62,062 nt of DNA, filler included, from 6 parts of 6 records of this genome joined end to end with filler, not necessarily neighbours in it, one strand, 5' to 3'; positions 38,066 to 48,646 are shown, counted from the whole stretch's first letter. Notes: generated by a model not told the origin, from the letters alone. Numbers and translations: made by a program.

Positions 38066-38761
38066 TTGTTGTTTATAAGATCGCTTATTTTTGTCATTGC
38101 CCTGTTGCCCGGCCTCGCCTCTGCCGAAGCCATCCCGCGTGGCGGTCTCAACGACAGCCGGGTGCGCTTGGCCACCTACCAGGAGGGTCAGGTCTATCGT
38201 CTCAGCGTGTCGCTCACCCATGTGACCACCATCGAGTTCGGCGAGGGCGAAAGCATCCGCTCGATCATTGCGGGCGACACGGAGGGTTTCGAGATCGATG
38301 GCGTGCCAGGCGGGCAGGCCTTCGCGATCAAGCCTGTGGCGCGCGGGGTGCATACCAATGTGACAGTCTATACGAACCGCCGGAGCTACTACTTCAACGT
38401 CCAGGAGGTCCGCAGCCCAACCTTCTACGTGGTGCAGTTCCGCTATCCGGAGGACGATGCGCGCCCGACCCGGGCCATCGCCGCCCAAGCGCCGAACTAC
38501 AATTACGGCGCCAGCGCGCGGACCGAGTTCACGCCAACGCGCATCTGGGATGACGGGACGTTCACGTATTTCGCGTTTCCGCGGAACGCGCCGGTGCCCG
38601 CGATCTTCCGTTACGCGAATGGCCGCGAGCGGACGGTCAACACGCAAGCCACCGAGGATGGTGTGATCCGGGTCTCGGGGGTGAACAGGCAGTGGGTCCT
38701 GCGGATCGGTGACGAGGTGGTCTGTATCGAGGCGACGCCGCCTGCGGGGGTGGGGTCATGA
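38066..38761 (+). CDS. virB9: T4SS VirB9
   Basis: DSRVRLATY, TTIEFGEGE, TNVTVYTNRRSY, WDDGTFTYFAF, VPAIF, LRIGDEVVCI. Confidence 0.9.
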   Translation: MLFIRSLIFVIALLPGLASAEAIPRGGLNDSRVRLATYQEGQVYRLSVSLTHVTTIEFGEGESIRSIIAGDTEGFEIDGVPGGQAFAIKPVARGVHTNVTVYTNRRSYYFNVQEVRSPTFYVVQFRYPEDDARPTRAIAAQAPNYNYGASARTEFTPTRIWDDGTFTYFAFPRNAPVPAIFRYANGRERTVNTQATEDGVIRVSGVNRQWVLRIGDEVVCIEATPPAGVGS

Positions 38762-40137
38762 GCGACACCGGAAACGCAGACCTCGAAAAACGCCTCGCTG
38801 CCCTCGAACAAGGCAAGGGCGCAGGTTTGCCCCCTGCCCCACGGCGCTCACCGCTGCTCGCACTGGTCGTCGTCCTCGTGATCGGCGCGGGAGGTGCATT
38901 GCTCTATCTCCTGTCCCAACCCGAGGAAGAAGAAGCCTTGCCAACGGCCACACCGGACGTATTCCAAAACGAAGGGGACGGCTTTGGCGCCATCGAAACC
39001 CTTCCCCCGCCCGAGCCTGAGGTGGTTCTGGTCGCACCGGAACCGGTGGAACCGAATGCCGAGCTCTTGGCTCAGCTCGAAGCCCTGCAGGCCCAGATCG
39101 AGGAATTGCGCAACGCCCCTGAACCGGTCGTCGAGGAAGACACCGCCGCCGCAGAGGCGATCGACGCGCTGACCGCTCAGATCGCTGCGCTCCAAGCCGC
39201 CTCGGAAGCCGCACAGCAACGATTCCAGGACGAACTGACGGCGCGGGATCGCAGCCTTGAGCAACTCCGCACGGATCTGGAACTGGCCCAACTCGAGGCC
39301 AACCGCCCCCTCCCCGCACCCACAGGGCCCACCGAGGACGAGTTGCGCGCGCGGGAAGAAGAACGGCTGCGCCGCGAGGAAGAAGCACGACGGCTCGCGG
39401 AACTTGAACGCCGCGCTACTGAGGAGCGTGCGTTTCAGGAACGCCGGATCGCCTCGCCCACCGTCGCCTTTGGCGGCACGTCCGGTGCGAATGAGACGGC
39501 TCTGACCGAACGCACTTTTGGCGAGGTGACGGATTTTGTGCTGAACGGCGCGCTGCCGACTTCGGTGACGCAAGCCGAGGTCATCGCCAACCCGTCCAAT
39601 ACCATCATCCAGGGCACGATGATCCAGGCCGTCATGGAAACCGCCCTCGACAGCTCCCTGCCCGGCCAGACCCGGGCCATTGTTTCCGAAGACGTGTTCA
39701 GTGTCGATGGTTCCCGCCTCCTGATCCCACGCGGATCCCGCCTGATCGGGCGCTATCGATCCGGCGTCGATATCGCGCAGCGCCGCGTCACCATCGCATG
39801 GGACCGGATCATCCTGCCCGATAATCAAACCATCCAGATCAGCTCCTTCGGGGGCGATGAACTGGGTCGCTCAGGTGTGACCGGCTTTGTCGATACGCGC
39901 TTTGATGAGCGCTTTGGCTCGGCAGCGCTGATTTCACTGATCTCCGCCGCACCAAGCGCCGCCGCCGCAAATGTCCAGGACGAAACAGCCGCGGACGTGC
40001 TCGAAGACGTGGGCGATGATCTAGCGGATGCCACGGACAGCGTGATTGGCGACTATCTCTCCATCGGCCCCGTCATCTATGTCGACCAGGGCGCGCGCGT
40101 CACGGTCATGGTCGACCGCGATCTGGAGATATTCTGA
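38758..40137 (+). CDS. virB10: T4SS VirB10
   Basis: TM + Pro-rich linker; QGTMIQAVMETALDSSLPG, LLIPRGSRLIG, D.LGRSG, VDQGARVTVMVDRDL. Confidence 0.92.
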   Translation: MSDTGNADLEKRLAALEQGKGAGLPPAPRRSPLLALVVVLVIGAGGALLYLLSQPEEEEALPTATPDVFQNEGDGFGAIETLPPPEPEVVLVAPEPVEPNAELLAQLEALQAQIEELRNAPEPVVEEDTAAAEAIDALTAQIAALQAASEAAQQRFQDELTARDRSLEQLRTDLELAQLEANRPLPAPTGPTEDELRAREEERLRREEEARRLAELERRATEERAFQERRIASPTVAFGGTSGANETALTERTFGEVTDFVLNGALPTSVTQAEVIANPSNTIIQGTMIQAVMETALDSSLPGQTRAIVSEDVFSVDGSRLLIPRGSRLIGRYRSGVDIAQRRVTIAWDRIILPDNQTIQISSFGGDELGRSGVTGFVDTRFDERFGSAALISLISAAPSAAAANVQDETAADVLEDVGDDLADATDSVIGDYLSIGPVIYVDQGARVTVMVDRDLEIF

Positions 40138-40141
40138 GCCC

Positions 40142-40994
40142 ATGTCGCTGAGCTATCTCGAAACCTCGCTCGACCGGATCAACGCCGCCGCCCGCGACGA
40201 TGTCATCGAGATCTGCATCAACCCTGATGGCACCTGCTGGGGCGAATTCCAGGGCGATCATTTCATGCGAAAGCTGGACCAGGCGTTGACTGCAACCGAA
40301 GTGAAAGACCTCGGCAACCAGATCGCCTCCTCCGCCAACACCACGATGAGCAAGGACCGCCCCATCATCTCGGTCTCGATCACCTACAAGGGGCGGCCGA
40401 TCCGGGCGCAGGTCATTACCCCGCCCGCCGTGCTCTCGGCCATGTCGATCAGCCTGCGGTTCTTTTCAAGCCTGCCGCTTGACGGGATTGCGCTTGATTT
40501 CCTTTTTGGCAAGGAGCGCAAACTCGAAGAACTCCGCCTCGAGAAAACCCACGAACTGCGCGAAGTGGTGGCCGCGGGCGTGATCGACGATGCGCTGGCC
40601 TTTTGCGTCGACAACAAGCTTAACATGATCGTCTCTGGTGGCACCTCCACCGGCAAGACCGTGGCTGCGCGCAAGATCCTCTCGCACGTGCCATCCGAGG
40701 AACGCATCGTTACCATCGAAGAAGCCGCCGAGCTTTTGCCAACCCAGCCAAATGCCGTGACACTCATCGCCAATCGCGACGCGGAATTCCAGACCGCCGA
40801 TGTGTTGCTGACTGCCACGCTGCGCATGCGCCCCGACCGGATCATCCTCGGCGAGGTGCGCGGCAAGGAGGCCATGACCTTTCTCGAAGCCATCAACACC
40901 GGCCATGGCGGCTCCATGACCACCCTACATGCAGAAACCCCGCAACTTGCCGTGCAGCGGCTCGCGATCGCGGCGCTCAAGACCGAGATCCCGA
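40142..40994 (+). CDS. virB11: T4SS ATPase VirB11 (3' truncated)
   Basis: SGGTSTGKT, TIEEAAEL, LRMRPDRIILGEVRG, NTGHGGSMTTLHA. Confidence 0.92.
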
Positions 40995-41094
40995 NNNNNN
41001 NNNNNNNNNNNNNNNNNNNNNNNNNNNNNNNNNNNNNNTTAATTAATTAANNNNNNNNNNNNNNNNNNNNNNNNNNNNNNNNNNNNNNNNNNNN
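40995..41094. other. Artificial contig linker
   Basis: N-run + TTAATTAATTAA + N-run. Confidence 0.99.
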
Positions 41095-41122
41095 CATGGG
41101 CGGCATGGGCGGCATGATGTAA
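41095..41122 (+). CDS. groEL: Chaperonin GroEL, extreme C-terminus
   Basis: MGGMGGMM* followed by a strong terminator. Confidence 0.8.
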
Positions 41123-41146
41123 TCTGCCGGTCAGACCTGATCGGGA

Positions 41147-41178
41147 AGGGGCTCGCCTTTGGCGGGCCCCTTTCTTTT
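41147..41178 (+). terminator. Intrinsic terminator
   Basis: GGGGCTCGCC-TTT-GGCGGGCCCC-TTTCTTTT. Confidence 0.85.
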
Positions 41179-41261
41179 CGCGCACGACTTGCGCCACGTC
41201 ATGGCGCCCACATATCGGCAGGGTAACCTGCTAGTGGATGAAGTGACCGAAGGGCCAAGCA

Positions 41262-42395
41262 ATGCGAATTTTCCCCGTACTATCAATGATCCTGACCCTG
41301 GGGCTGGCCTCTGCCGCTGCCGCGCAGGACGGGGGCCGCGCGCTGTTCGGCGGTGACCGCTATCTGGCGGGCAATGACATCGCGGCCGAGGAAGACACCG
41401 CGCGCGACCTGTTCATGATGGGTGAAACCGTCGCCGTCGAGGCCCCCGTGGCTGGCAGTGCGCATCTTATGGGCCGCAGGCTGTCGGTCGAGGCCCCGCT
41501 TGGCGGCAACCTTTATACCATGAGCTATGCGCTGGACCTGAACGCGCCCGTTGCGGGATCGGTCAGCGCCACCGGGGCAGAGCTGCGCCTGAGTGACGAC
41601 ATCACCGGCAACCTGCGCGCCAGCGGCTGGGAGATCCGGCTGGATGGCCCGGTTGCGGGCAGCGCCTTGCTGGCGGGCGGGCAGATCACCCTGAACGCGG
41701 CCATTGCGGGCGATGTGGTGATCTCCACCGACGATCTGCGCTTTGGCGATGACGCGTCGGTCGGCGGCACCCTGACCATCTATGCGGAAGATCCCGACAG
41801 CGTCAGCGTGCCGGAAAGTGTCGCGCCCGAAGGCCGGGTCGAGATCTTGCAGGCAGACAGCTATGACAGCGCCCATGGCAGCACCTGGCCCGAGGTCGAG
41901 CGGCCAAGCCTTGCCTCGCGCATTGGCGGTTTCCTGACCGGCGTGCTGATCGTGACGGGTCTGGCCGTGGCCCTTGCCGCGCTGATGCCCGACCGGCTGG
42001 CCGAGTTGCGCGCGCGCAGCGTAGACCATCCCGGTCAAAGCCTGTGGTCGGGCTTTCTTGGGCTGTCAACGCTGGTGGGGGCGGGCTTCGTCGCGTCGCT
42101 GACCATCGTCGGGATCATCCTGTTGCCCGCCGCGATCCTGCTGGCGGTGCTGGCGATGCTGGTGGGCTATGTGCTGGGCGTCTATGTGCTGGGCGGCGCG
42201 ATCTGGAACGCCCTTGGCCGTGCGGCCCCGGTGGATCTGGCCAGCAAGGCGCTGATGGCGCTGGTGGGCGCGGTTCTGGCGGCGCTGGTCGGGCTGATCC
42301 CGTTTCTGGGCTGGCTCTTTGCACTGGCGCTTGGGCTGGTGGGCGTCGGCGCGATGGTCCGCTCGTGGAAGCTGCGGCGGCAGGTCACCTACTGA
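41262..42395 (+). CDS. Membrane protein with exported bactofilin-like beta-helix repeats and a multi-TM C-terminus
   Basis: Signal; tandem ~17-aa repeats (V.GSA.L.G..L.V.AP); several hydrophobic helices. Confidence 0.7.
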   Translation: MRIFPVLSMILTLGLASAAAAQDGGRALFGGDRYLAGNDIAAEEDTARDLFMMGETVAVEAPVAGSAHLMGRRLSVEAPLGGNLYTMSYALDLNAPVAGSVSATGAELRLSDDITGNLRASGWEIRLDGPVAGSALLAGGQITLNAAIAGDVVISTDDLRFGDDASVGGTLTIYAEDPDSVSVPESVAPEGRVEILQADSYDSAHGSTWPEVERPSLASRIGGFLTGVLIVTGLAVALAALMPDRLAELRARSVDHPGQSLWSGFLGLSTLVGAGFVASLTIVGIILLPAAILLAVLAMLVGYVLGVYVLGGAIWNALGRAAPVDLASKALMALVGAVLAALVGLIPFLGWLFALALGLVGVGAMVRSWKLRRQVTY

Positions 42396-42449
42396 TCGGC
42401 ACACGCAAAGGGGCTTTCCTTTCGCGCCGGGATTGGGCAGGGAACGCGC

Positions 42450-43586
42450 ATGATGCTGCCGCCCCTGACCCTTTCCAACGCCCACGTTCTGCGCCCTGAC
42501 GGATTTTCCTCTGCGCCGCTCTCTGTGGTTGATGGCCTTGTCAGCGACAGGCCCGGCAAGATCGTGGATCTGTCCGGTTACATGATCCTGCCCGGCATCA
42601 TCGACCTGCATGGTGACGGGTTCGAACGCCATGTCGCGCCGCGCCGGGGGGCGGTGACCGATCCGGGCGAGGGGCTGGCGACACTTGACGCGGAACTCGC
42701 CGCGAACGGGATCACCACCGCCGTTCTGGCCCAGTTCTTCAGCTGGGAAGGCGGTATGCGCGGGCCGGATTTCGCCGAGACGCTGGCGGGCGCGCTGACC
42801 CGCGCGCAACCGCTCACGGATATGCGGATGCAATTGCGGCTGGAGGTGAACCTGCTGTCGGATTACCCCCGCGCGCGCGCCCTGATCCGGGGCGCTGATA
42901 TCAGCTATGTGGTGTTCAACGATCACCTGCCCCATGTGGCGCTGGCTGCCGGGAAACGCCCGCCGCGCCTGACCGGCCAGGCCCTGAAAAGCGGCCGCAG
43001 CCCGGAGGCGCATCTGGCGCTGCTGCACAAGCTGCACGGGATGCGCGATGAGGTGCCGGGGGCGCTGGCGACGCTGGCGGCTGAGCTGCTGGCCGATGGT
43101 GTGATCCTTGGCAGCCATGACGATGGCAGCCCCGAAACCCGCGCCCGGTTCCGGGCCATGGGCGCGCGGATTGCAGAGTTCCCCGAAACCGCCGCCACCG
43201 CCGCTGTCGCCCATGGAGAGGGCGACGCGGTGATCATGGGGGCGCCCAACGTGGTGCGGGGGGGCTCTCATGACAGGAAGGTTGCGGCAGAGGAGGTCAT
43301 TCGCGCCGGCCACTGTGACGCGCTGGTGTCGGATTATCACTACCCGACCCTGCGACAGGCGGCCTTTGCGCTGGCAGATCGCGGCGTCTTGCCGTTCGAG
43401 GCCGCGTGGGCGCTGATCTCCTGCCGCCCGGCAGAGGTGATGGGTTGGGCCGATCGGGGCCTGTTGGACACCGGTCTGCGCGCCGATCTGGTGATCGTCG
43501 ATAGGGCGACCCGCAAGGTCGGGGCCACGCTTTCTGGTGGACAGGTCAGCTCGATGGCTGGCCCGGTGACAGCGCGTTTCCTGTAA
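42450..43586 (+). CDS. phnM: Alpha-D-ribose 1-methylphosphonate 5-triphosphate diphosphatase (PhnM family), stand-alone
   Basis: LPGIIDLHGDGFERH, FNDH, GSHDD, AEFP, MGAPNVVRGGSH, SDYHYP. Confidence 0.85.
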   Translation: MMLPPLTLSNAHVLRPDGFSSAPLSVVDGLVSDRPGKIVDLSGYMILPGIIDLHGDGFERHVAPRRGAVTDPGEGLATLDAELAANGITTAVLAQFFSWEGGMRGPDFAETLAGALTRAQPLTDMRMQLRLEVNLLSDYPRARALIRGADISYVVFNDHLPHVALAAGKRPPRLTGQALKSGRSPEAHLALLHKLHGMRDEVPGALATLAAELLADGVILGSHDDGSPETRARFRAMGARIAEFPETAATAAVAHGEGDAVIMGAPNVVRGGSHDRKVAAEEVIRAGHCDALVSDYHYPTLRQAAFALADRGVLPFEAAWALISCRPAEVMGWADRGLLDTGLRADLVIVDRATRKVGATLSGGQVSSMAGPVTARFL

Positions 43587-43717
43587 GGCAGCTCAGAAAG
43601 GTCAGGGGGCTGTGCGGGGCGATGTGGCACCGCTACGGCGAGGTTGGCGGTGCAACGCCCCTTGCGTTCGGGGCCGCGCTGGGGTGTTCTGGCCGCTCGC
43701 AATACTGGACATGCCCC

Positions 43718-44587
43718 ATGCGCCTTGCCCTGCTGACTGCCCTGACCATGCTGGCTTTCGCGGCCAACTCGATCCTCAACCGCATGGCGCTGGCCGAGGG
43801 CGATATCGACGCGCTGGGCTTTGTGCTGATCCGGGTGGTGTCTGGGGCGGTGGTTCTGGTGGCGCTTGCGCTGATCCAGCGGCGTGGCCTGCCGATGTTC
43901 AGGCCCGGACGGATCGTGGGGGCGCTGTCGCTGTGCCTCTATCTGCTGGGGTTTTCCATTGCCTATGTGCGGCTCGATGCGGGGCTTGGGGCGCTTATTC
44001 TCTTTGGCTGCGTGCAGATCACCATGTTTGCTGGCGCAATCATCGGCGGCGAATCCGTGCCCCCCGCCCGGTGGCTTGGAGCGGGGGTGGCGATGGTGGG
44101 GCTTGGCTGGCTGGTGTGGCCGTCAGGGGCGGTTTCGGTTCCGGTTCTGGGGTCAGTCTTCATGGCGCTGGCCGGTGTCGGCTGGGGGCTTTATTCGCTG
44201 GCGGGCCGAAAGGCGGGCGATCCTTTGGCGGCGACGGCTGCGAATTTCCTTTGGGCGGTGCCGGTCTGCCTGATCATCCCGCTGACCCTGCCGGTGCAGA
44301 TGGAGCCCGTGGATGTAACCACGCGGGGCATCGTGCTGGCCTGCCTGTCGGGCGGCGTGACCTCGGCCCTTGGCTATGCGCTGTGGTATTCGCTCTTGCC
44401 GCAGCTCAAGACGACGGTGGCGGGGCTGGTACAGCTTTCTGCCCCGGTTATCGCCATTCTGGGCGGCGTGCTGCTGCTTGGTGAGGCGCTGACGCTCCGG
44501 CTGGTGCTGGCGGCGGCGATTGTTCTGGGGGGCATCGCCGTGGGGCTGCTGGCCGGTCAGCGCAGGATCGGTTCCAGCGGGTCATAG
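43718..44587 (+). CDS. DMT/EamA family transporter
   Basis: About 10 TM; AFAANSILNR, GALILFGCVQITM, SALGYALWY. Confidence 0.85.
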   Translation: MRLALLTALTMLAFAANSILNRMALAEGDIDALGFVLIRVVSGAVVLVALALIQRRGLPMFRPGRIVGALSLCLYLLGFSIAYVRLDAGLGALILFGCVQITMFAGAIIGGESVPPARWLGAGVAMVGLGWLVWPSGAVSVPVLGSVFMALAGVGWGLYSLAGRKAGDPLAATAANFLWAVPVCLIIPLTLPVQMEPVDVTTRGIVLACLSGGVTSALGYALWYSLLPQLKTTVAGLVQLSAPVIAILGGVLLLGEALTLRLVLAAAIVLGGIAVGLLAGQRRIGSSGS

Positions 44588-45003
44588 AAAATCGCCGCGC
44601 CCCAGGCGACGGCGGCGAGACTGTCGGGCTTGACCTTGATCCCGGCCATGTCCTCGCGGGAAAACAGCCGCCTGTGGGTGACCACGCGTTCAGGGTCTTT
44701 CCAGCTGTGGTCGATCCGACCGGCGCGCAAGGTGCAGCGGAAATAGACATCGACCTGATGGAAGGTGCCATTGGGGTCGTGGAATTCATTGACCAGACAG
44801 GGCTCGCCCACATCGACCGTCAGGCCGGTTTCCTCTTGAAATTCACGTTTGAGGTTGTCGGGCAGGGAACTGCCGCGTTCCACGCCGCCGCCGGGCGCGC
44901 ACCACAGGCCGCCGCGGTGGTTGGACCAGGCATTGACCAGCAGCAACCGGTCGTCGATCAAAAGCAGGCCGCGAACGGCAAGGCGGGGCGATGGTGTTGA
45001 CAT
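44557..45003 (-). CDS. NUDIX hydrolase
   Basis: Nudix box PGGGVERGSSLPDNLKREFQEETGL. Confidence 0.9.
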   Translation of the reverse strand: MSTPSPRLAVRGLLLIDDRLLLVNAWSNHRGGLWCAPGGGVERGSSLPDNLKREFQEETGLTVDVGEPCLVNEFHDPNGTFHQVDVYFRCTLRAGRIDHSWKDPERVVTHRRLFSREDMAGIKVKPDSLAAVAWGAAIFYDPLEPILR

Positions 45004-45079
45004 GCGCGCGATGCTGCCCGGCTTGGCAGGGTTTCGCAAGGGGGGTTGGGCTTTGCGACAAAGAGCCTAGATAGGGGGA

Positions 45080-45808
45080 ATGAAACCGGTTTTTCCCCTG
45101 CTGGCCGCGCTGATGCTGGCCCCGATGGCTGCCCGCGCCGATTGCGTGGTCTTGCTGCATGGGCTGGCGCGCGGAACAAACTCGCTTTGGGTCATGGAAG
45201 AGGTGCTGGAGGCGGAAGGCTATCAGGTTGTGAACCTTGGCTATCCTTCGACCGAGGGTACGATCGAAGAGCTGTCGGCCGCCGCGATTGAACCCGCCCT
45301 GGCCAGCTGCGCGCAGGGCACGGTGCATGTGGTGACCCATTCCATGGGCGGCATTCTGCTGCGCCACTGGCTGTCGGGGCATGATCTGCCGACCCTTGGC
45401 CGGGTGGTGATGCTGGCCCCCCCGAACCAGGGGGCGGCGCTGGTCGATGTGTTTGCCGATATCGCGGCGTTTGAGTGGGTGAATGGCCCCGCAGGGCCGG
45501 AACTGGGCACCGGTGAGGGCAGCGTGCCGCTGGCCCTGCCGCCGGTGGATTTCGAGCTTGGGGTGATCGCGGGCTATGGCTCGATCAATCCGGTGACCTC
45601 GGCGCTGATCGAGGGGCCGGATGACGGCAAGGTCTCGGTCGAGGAGACCATGGTCGAGGGGATGAGCGATTTCATCGCCCTGCGGGTCAGTCACACCTTC
45701 ATGATGAACAACCCGCTGGTGGTGGCGGAGACGCTGACCTTCCTGCAGACCGGTGCATTTGAGCAGGATCTGGACCTGTTGGACGCGGTAGAGCAGCTGC
45801 TTCCCTGA
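45080..45808 (+). CDS. Exported alpha/beta hydrolase (lipase/esterase-like)
   Basis: LLHGL, THSMGG, DDGKV, SHTF; signal peptide. Confidence 0.85.
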   Translation: MKPVFPLLAALMLAPMAARADCVVLLHGLARGTNSLWVMEEVLEAEGYQVVNLGYPSTEGTIEELSAAAIEPALASCAQGTVHVVTHSMGGILLRHWLSGHDLPTLGRVVMLAPPNQGAALVDVFADIAAFEWVNGPAGPELGTGEGSVPLALPPVDFELGVIAGYGSINPVTSALIEGPDDGKVSVEETMVEGMSDFIALRVSHTFMMNNPLVVAETLTFLQTGAFEQDLDLLDAVEQLLP

Positions 45809-45814
45809 CGGGAC

Positions 45815-45968
45815 CCGCGAGCGCGCCTCGTCGACCCCCGCTTGCGCGGGGGCACTCCTCGGCGCGCGCTGCCGCGGATGCTTGGCGGGGTGGGGTGGTC
45901 TGATCGGGTGATGGCGCCGGTGGCGCGGGCGGATGCCTCCGGCGGGAGTATTTTCGCCAAGAAGAAAG
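45815..45968. repeat. GC-rich palindromic intergenic element between convergent genes
   Basis: CCCCCGC-TTGC-GCGGGGG inside GCGCGCC/GGCGCGC; the tail GCCTCCGGCGGGAGTATTTT..AAGAAGAA resembles Rhodobacteraceae interspersed repeats (from recall). Confidence 0.4.
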
Positions 45969-45973
45969 GCCGG

Positions 45974-47044
45974 TTACGCGGGGCCGGTGACGCGATTCAC
46001 ATGGCCCATCTTGCGGCCCGGGCGGGTGTCTGCCTTGCCGTAGAGATGGATCTGGGTGCCGGGTTGGGCGGCGAGGGCCGGGGCCTTGTTCACATCGTCG
46101 CCGATCAGGTTGTCCATCACCACATTGGCGTGGCGCTTGCCATCGCCGAGCGGCCAGCCGGTCACGGCGCGGATATGCTGTTCGAACTGGTCGACGGCGC
46201 AGCCCGCTTGTGTCCAATGGCCGGAATTATGCACGCGGGGGGCGATCTCGTTGACCACGAGGCCTTTGGGCGTCATGAACAGTTCCACCCCCATGACGCC
46301 GACATAGTCGAGCGCGTTGAGGATGCGGGCGGCGAGGAGGACCGCGTCGCTGCGCAGGCCCGGTGGGATCGCGGCGGGGACGGTCGTGGTGGCGAGAATG
46401 CCGTTCTCATGGACGTTTTCACCGGGATCATAGCAGGAAATGGACCCGTCCTGGCCGCGCGCGGCGATGATGGAGATCTCTTTGGAGAAGTCGATGAAGC
46501 CTTCGAGGATCGCGGGGGCACCGTTCATATCAGCCAGCGCCTGATCGGCATCGCCGGGCGTCATGATCCGGGCCTGTCCCTTGCCGTCATAGCCGAAACG
46601 GCGGGTTTTCAGGATCGCAGGCGTGCCGATCCGGCCGATGGCCTGCGCCAGATCCTCGGCACTGTCCACCGGGGCGAATGGGGCGGTTGTCAGGCCGATC
46701 CCGGTCAGGAAGGTCTTTTCAACCATCCGGTCCTGGCTGACTTCCAACGCGCGGCGCGAAGGGGAAAGCGGCGTGGTGGCCGAGAGGACATCGAGCGCGT
46801 CGGCGGGGATGTTCTCGAACTCATAGGTGATGACATCGACGGACGCGGCGAAACCTGCCAATGCGTCCAGATCGTCATACGCCCCTTGGGTTACCTTGGC
46901 CGCGACATCGCCCGCGGGTGCCGCGCCCGGTTCATAGATATGGGTCTTGTAGCCAAGGCGAGAGGCCGCGACGGACAGCATCCGGCCCAACTGGCCGCCG
47001 CCAAGGATGCCGATGGTGGAACCGGTGGGCAGGATATCACTCAT
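45974..47044 (-). CDS. purK: N5-carboxyaminoimidazole ribonucleotide synthase
   Basis: [45 protein letters not shown]. Confidence 0.97.
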   Translation of the reverse strand: MSDILPTGSTIGILGGGQLGRMLSVAASRLGYKTHIYEPGAAPAGDVAAKVTQGAYDDLDALAGFAASVDVITYEFENIPADALDVLSATTPLSPSRRALEVSQDRMVEKTFLTGIGLTTAPFAPVDSAEDLAQAIGRIGTPAILKTRRFGYDGKGQARIMTPGDADQALADMNGAPAILEGFIDFSKEISIIAARGQDGSISCYDPGENVHENGILATTTVPAAIPPGLRSDAVLLAARILNALDYVGVMGVELFMTPKGLVVNEIAPRVHNSGHWTQAGCAVDQFEQHIRAVTGWPLGDGKRHANVVMDNLIGDDVNKAPALAAQPGTQIHLYGKADTRPGRKMGHVNRVTGPA

Positions 47045-47525
47045 CGACGGGCACCTCTGGGATGGAATCCGAGAGCGCCGCGCGCCATGCGTCCAGCCGC
47101 TCGGCCAACGCTGGGTCGCCAAGGGCGAGGATGCCCGCCGCCATCAGGCCGGCGTTCTTGGCCCCCGCTGCACCGATCGCCATGGTGGCAACCGGATAGC
47201 CGCGCGGCATTTGCAGGATGGAATAGAGGCTGTCGACACCCGACAGGGCCTTGGTCTGCACCGGCACGCCGATGACCGGCAGCCGCGTCTTGGAGGCCAT
47301 CATGCCGGGCAGATGCGCCGCGCCGCCCGCGCCTGCGATGATCACCTTCAGGCCCCGGCCCACGGCCTCTTTGCCATAGGACCACAGCCGGTCGGGCGTG
47401 CGATGCGCAGAGACGATGCGCGCCTCATAGGGCACGTTCAGCTCATCCAGAATGTCGGCGGCTTCCTTCATGGTTGGCCAGTCCGACTGGCTACCCATGA
47501 TGATCCCGACCTCGACCCGATCCAT
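47037..47525 (-). CDS. purE: N5-CAIR mutase
   Basis: [35 protein letters not shown]. Confidence 0.97.
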   Translation of the reverse strand: MDRVEVGIIMGSQSDWPTMKEAADILDELNVPYEARIVSAHRTPDRLWSYGKEAVGRGLKVIIAGAGGAAHLPGMMASKTRLPVIGVPVQTKALSGVDSLYSILQMPRGYPVATMAIGAAGAKNAGLMAAGILALGDPALAERLDAWRAALSDSIPEVPVDE

Positions 47526-47579
47526 GGCGGTATTCCTCGCTGTCCCTCAGGAAGCGCGCACTATAGTCATGCGCCGGGG

Positions 47580-47798
47580 TTACGCAATGATGTCCGGGGT
47601 CAGTTCATCCTCGATCCGGGAAATCGCGTCCTTTAGCGCCAGCTTGCGCTTTTTCAGACGCCTCAGCGTCAGCTGATCGGGCAGGGGCCGTTCCTCCAGC
47701 GCGCCGATGGCTTCGTCCAGATCCCGGTGTTCACGCGTCAGCACCCCAAGCTTGACGCGCAGCACATCTTCATGGGTCATTTCGTTGGGGGCGTTCAT
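47580..47798 (-). CDS. YdcH/DUF465 family small protein
   Basis: EHRDLDEAI, LRRLKKRKLALKD, PDIIA. Confidence 0.85.
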   Translation of the reverse strand: MNAPNEMTHEDVLRVKLGVLTREHRDLDEAIGALEERPLPDQLTLRRLKKRKLALKDAISRIEDELTPDIIA

Positions 47799-47881
47799 GG
47801 GCGCTGGACCTGTGACTGAGTCGCCATCTGGCGGGACCTCGAAGATACCGGATTATGCCGCGCGGGCAAAGCGTTGCGCGC

Positions 47882-47910
47882 CTTGCAAGGGCCGCGAAGC
47901 GCCCCCATAT
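47882..47910 (+). promoter_or_regulatory. RpoH (sigma32)-type promoter of the Hsp20 gene
   Basis: CTTG-N18-CCCATAT, matching the alphaproteobacterial RpoH consensus. Confidence 0.65.
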
Positions 47911-47945
47911 TGAGGAAAATGGCCGCCATGACGGGGCCGATACAT

Positions 47946-47970
47946 GCAGATCGCTTGGTAAAGGATGTGC
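47946..47970 (+). promoter_or_regulatory. ROSE-type RNA thermometer hairpin
   Basis: GCAGAUCGCUU-GGUA-AAGGAUGUGC: the UCGCU motif with bulged G pairs with the SD AAGGA. Confidence 0.6.
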
Positions 47971-47973
47971 CCG

Positions 47974-48402
47974 ATGACGAAACTGACCCTTGGTTCGCAC
48001 CCGTTCCTGCTGGGATTCGACCAGTTGGAACGCCTTGTAGAGCGGACCGTGAAATCCGGCAATGACGGATACCCCCCCTATAATATCGAGGCGAAGGGTG
48101 AAAATGCCTTTCGCATCACGCTGGCCGTCGCGGGCTTTGCCGAGGACGATCTGTCGATCACGCTGGAAGACCGTCAGTTGGTGATCCGGGGCCGTCAGGC
48201 CGATGACAGCGAAGATCGGGTCTTTCTGCATCGGGGCATTGCCGCCCGTCAGTTCCAGCGCAGTTTCGTGCTGGCCGACGGGGTCGAGGTGACGGGGGCC
48301 GCGATGGAGCATGGGCTGCTGCATGTGGACCTGAAGCGATCCGTGCCGGAAAACGTGGTGCAGACCATCCGGATCAAATCGGGGGATGCGGACGATGCAT
48401 GA
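47974..48402 (+). CDS. Small heat-shock protein Hsp20 (IbpA-like)
   Basis: LGFD, YPPYNIE, TLAVAGF, FLHRGIAARQFQRSF.LAD, HGLLHVDL. Confidence 0.92.
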   Translation: MTKLTLGSHPFLLGFDQLERLVERTVKSGNDGYPPYNIEAKGENAFRITLAVAGFAEDDLSITLEDRQLVIRGRQADDSEDRVFLHRGIAARQFQRSFVLADGVEVTGAAMEHGLLHVDLKRSVPENVVQTIRIKSGDADDA

Positions 48403-48628
48403 ACCCAATGACAAGATGTCCCCGGGCGCACGGCCCATCGTCTATGTGCGCAAGGTGCGGGTGGCTGACTTGCCGGACGATATCCGCGAACAGGCCAGCG
48501 GTGCCGGATTGAAAGAGCTTTACGCCATCGGCAATGAAGAGGGAGAGCAGCTGGCGCTGGTCAAGGACCGCAAGCTGGCCTTCGTGGTGGCGCGACAGAA
48601 CGACATGACGCCGGTCAGCGTTCACTGA
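48398..48628 (+). CDS. DUF1150 family protein
   Basis: IVYVRKV, LYAI..EEGEQLAL, AFVVARQNDMTPVSVH; follows Hsp20. Confidence 0.85.
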   Translation, partial: HEPNDKMSPGARPIVYVRKVRVADLPDDIREQASGAGLKELYAIGNEEGEQLALVKDRKLAFVVARQNDMTPVSVH

Positions 48629-48646
48629 CACCGCAAGGCCGACTGC

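Noticed and set aside
45842-47275. 477-aa plus-strand ORF
   Set aside because: It is antisense to purK/purE, which are unambiguous.
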